A stretch of 63,576 nucleotides of DNA, the filler included, from Hausera hauseri (lineage: Eukaryota), in the NCBI GenBank assembly GCA_046269625.1. It is 10 parts of 10 records of this genome, joined end to end, with 100 filler letters (N's around TTAATTAATTAA, not from the genome) between each part and the next. Parts side by side here need not be neighbours in the genome. Positions count along the whole stretch, not along the records: positions 57,959 to 63,576 come from JBJURY010219631.1; 9 more parts are not named here. One strand, given 5' to 3'. The translations under genes were made by a program, and so were the position numbers. Positions 62,716 through 63,576 of the stretch are shown piece after piece. Each line of letters starts with the position of its first letter. Positions within the stretch are counted from its first letter, which is position 1. Under the pieces are notes generated by a model. That model was not told the origin of the DNA. It searched no databases and saw nothing but the letters and a program-made list of their open reading frames with translations.

Positions 62716-63576
62716 GCTCCCTAGCTAATATTTATATGACGAATATATGGCGTTAGCTCAAGAGGGGAAAAAAAGTGTGGTGGGTTGGGTTAACTTTCTT
62801 CATGCTGCAGTGCATCGACAGTGTCCGTCAGTTCTGAGTGTGCTGCTACAGAGAAGTGAATAATGGAAGATTAAAAAAAAAAACTACATAAATTTTATTT
62901 TTTCCCAATAAGTAACTAGGATCAAACTGAATGAAGCAGGAGTAGAGAAATTATCAATAGCAAGGCGGCATTGGATAGGATGTGTGTAAAGAAGACATTG
63001 CAATGGACCCCATAGGTTAGGGGTGGACAACTAAGGGAGCCATGGAGAATCACTACAAGAAAAATAGTCACCTACAGATTCACCTTGGGATATAGTCAGA
63101 GGAAAAACAAAAGACTGGCAGTTATGGAGGAAAGAAGTGGGGCTGAATGTGACCAAGAAAACTTGATAATGATCCCAATGGGATTTTTTTTCTCTTGGAT
63201 CACCTAGTTTTATGTTCTCCTGGTCTTTGAACAGTGAGTTTAGGTGTTCATGTATACTGCTGCGTGCATCATACATCCCTTGGCATATCTGAGAGAGCTT
63301 ACGGAAGAACTTTTACCTAAATTCCCCACAGCACAAAACTGCTTTTACACAGATATAGTACAACTCAGAAGAACAGCAAAATACTTCAGAGTGGCATCAG
63401 CTTGCAAGAGCCCATAGCTCACAGCTACAGGGGATCCACCACCACCACCATTGCATTTCAGCCTTCACATCCTTCAGCAATATTTATTATTTCCTTTTAA
63501 CATCAATCAGAAACAAAGTATTGTTCAAATAATGAAGAGACAAAATAAAAGAAACTTTTTTTTCCTTGGAGCTGTG

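Overview
This window is not one locus. It is ten eukaryotic contigs joined by artificial 100-nt spacers (N44-TTAATTAATTAA-N44). Contigs 2 (7624-13317) and 10 (57959-63576), and probably the start of contig 5, carry teleost-type repeats: hAT MITEs, an EnSpm/CACTA remnant, an intron-containing IS3EU transposase and an RTE tail. The other contigs look like an AT-rich, fast-evolving invertebrate genome with tiny (38-42 nt) introns, which suggests a fish parasite such as a myxozoan or flatworm sequenced with host DNA (inference). Most of this second genome is decayed retroelements plus a few host genes: an intact DENND6 homolog, broken AGL, class A GPCR and TRAF/MATH genes, and a small secreted six-cysteine peptide. 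Main findings: (1) A giant Ty3/gypsy lineage (contigs 1 and 6) whose broken polyprotein places a ubiquitin-like domain, an AT-hook and a chuvirus-type glycoprotein upstream of protease-RT-RNase H. A sister copy continues past integrase into a signal-peptide/FN3/TM protein, a DEDDh-type exonuclease and a RING finger before the PPT and LTR. (2) Two divergent CsRn1-type gypsy elements whose Gag is preceded by a ubiquitin fold ending in a di-glycine-type cleavage motif (LRSG/LCGG followed by SDPN). (3) A knottin-like secreted peptide, a candidate HDV-like ribozyme and a 1.87-kb solo-LTR-like insertion. All family assignments are from motif recognition by eye; no searches were run.
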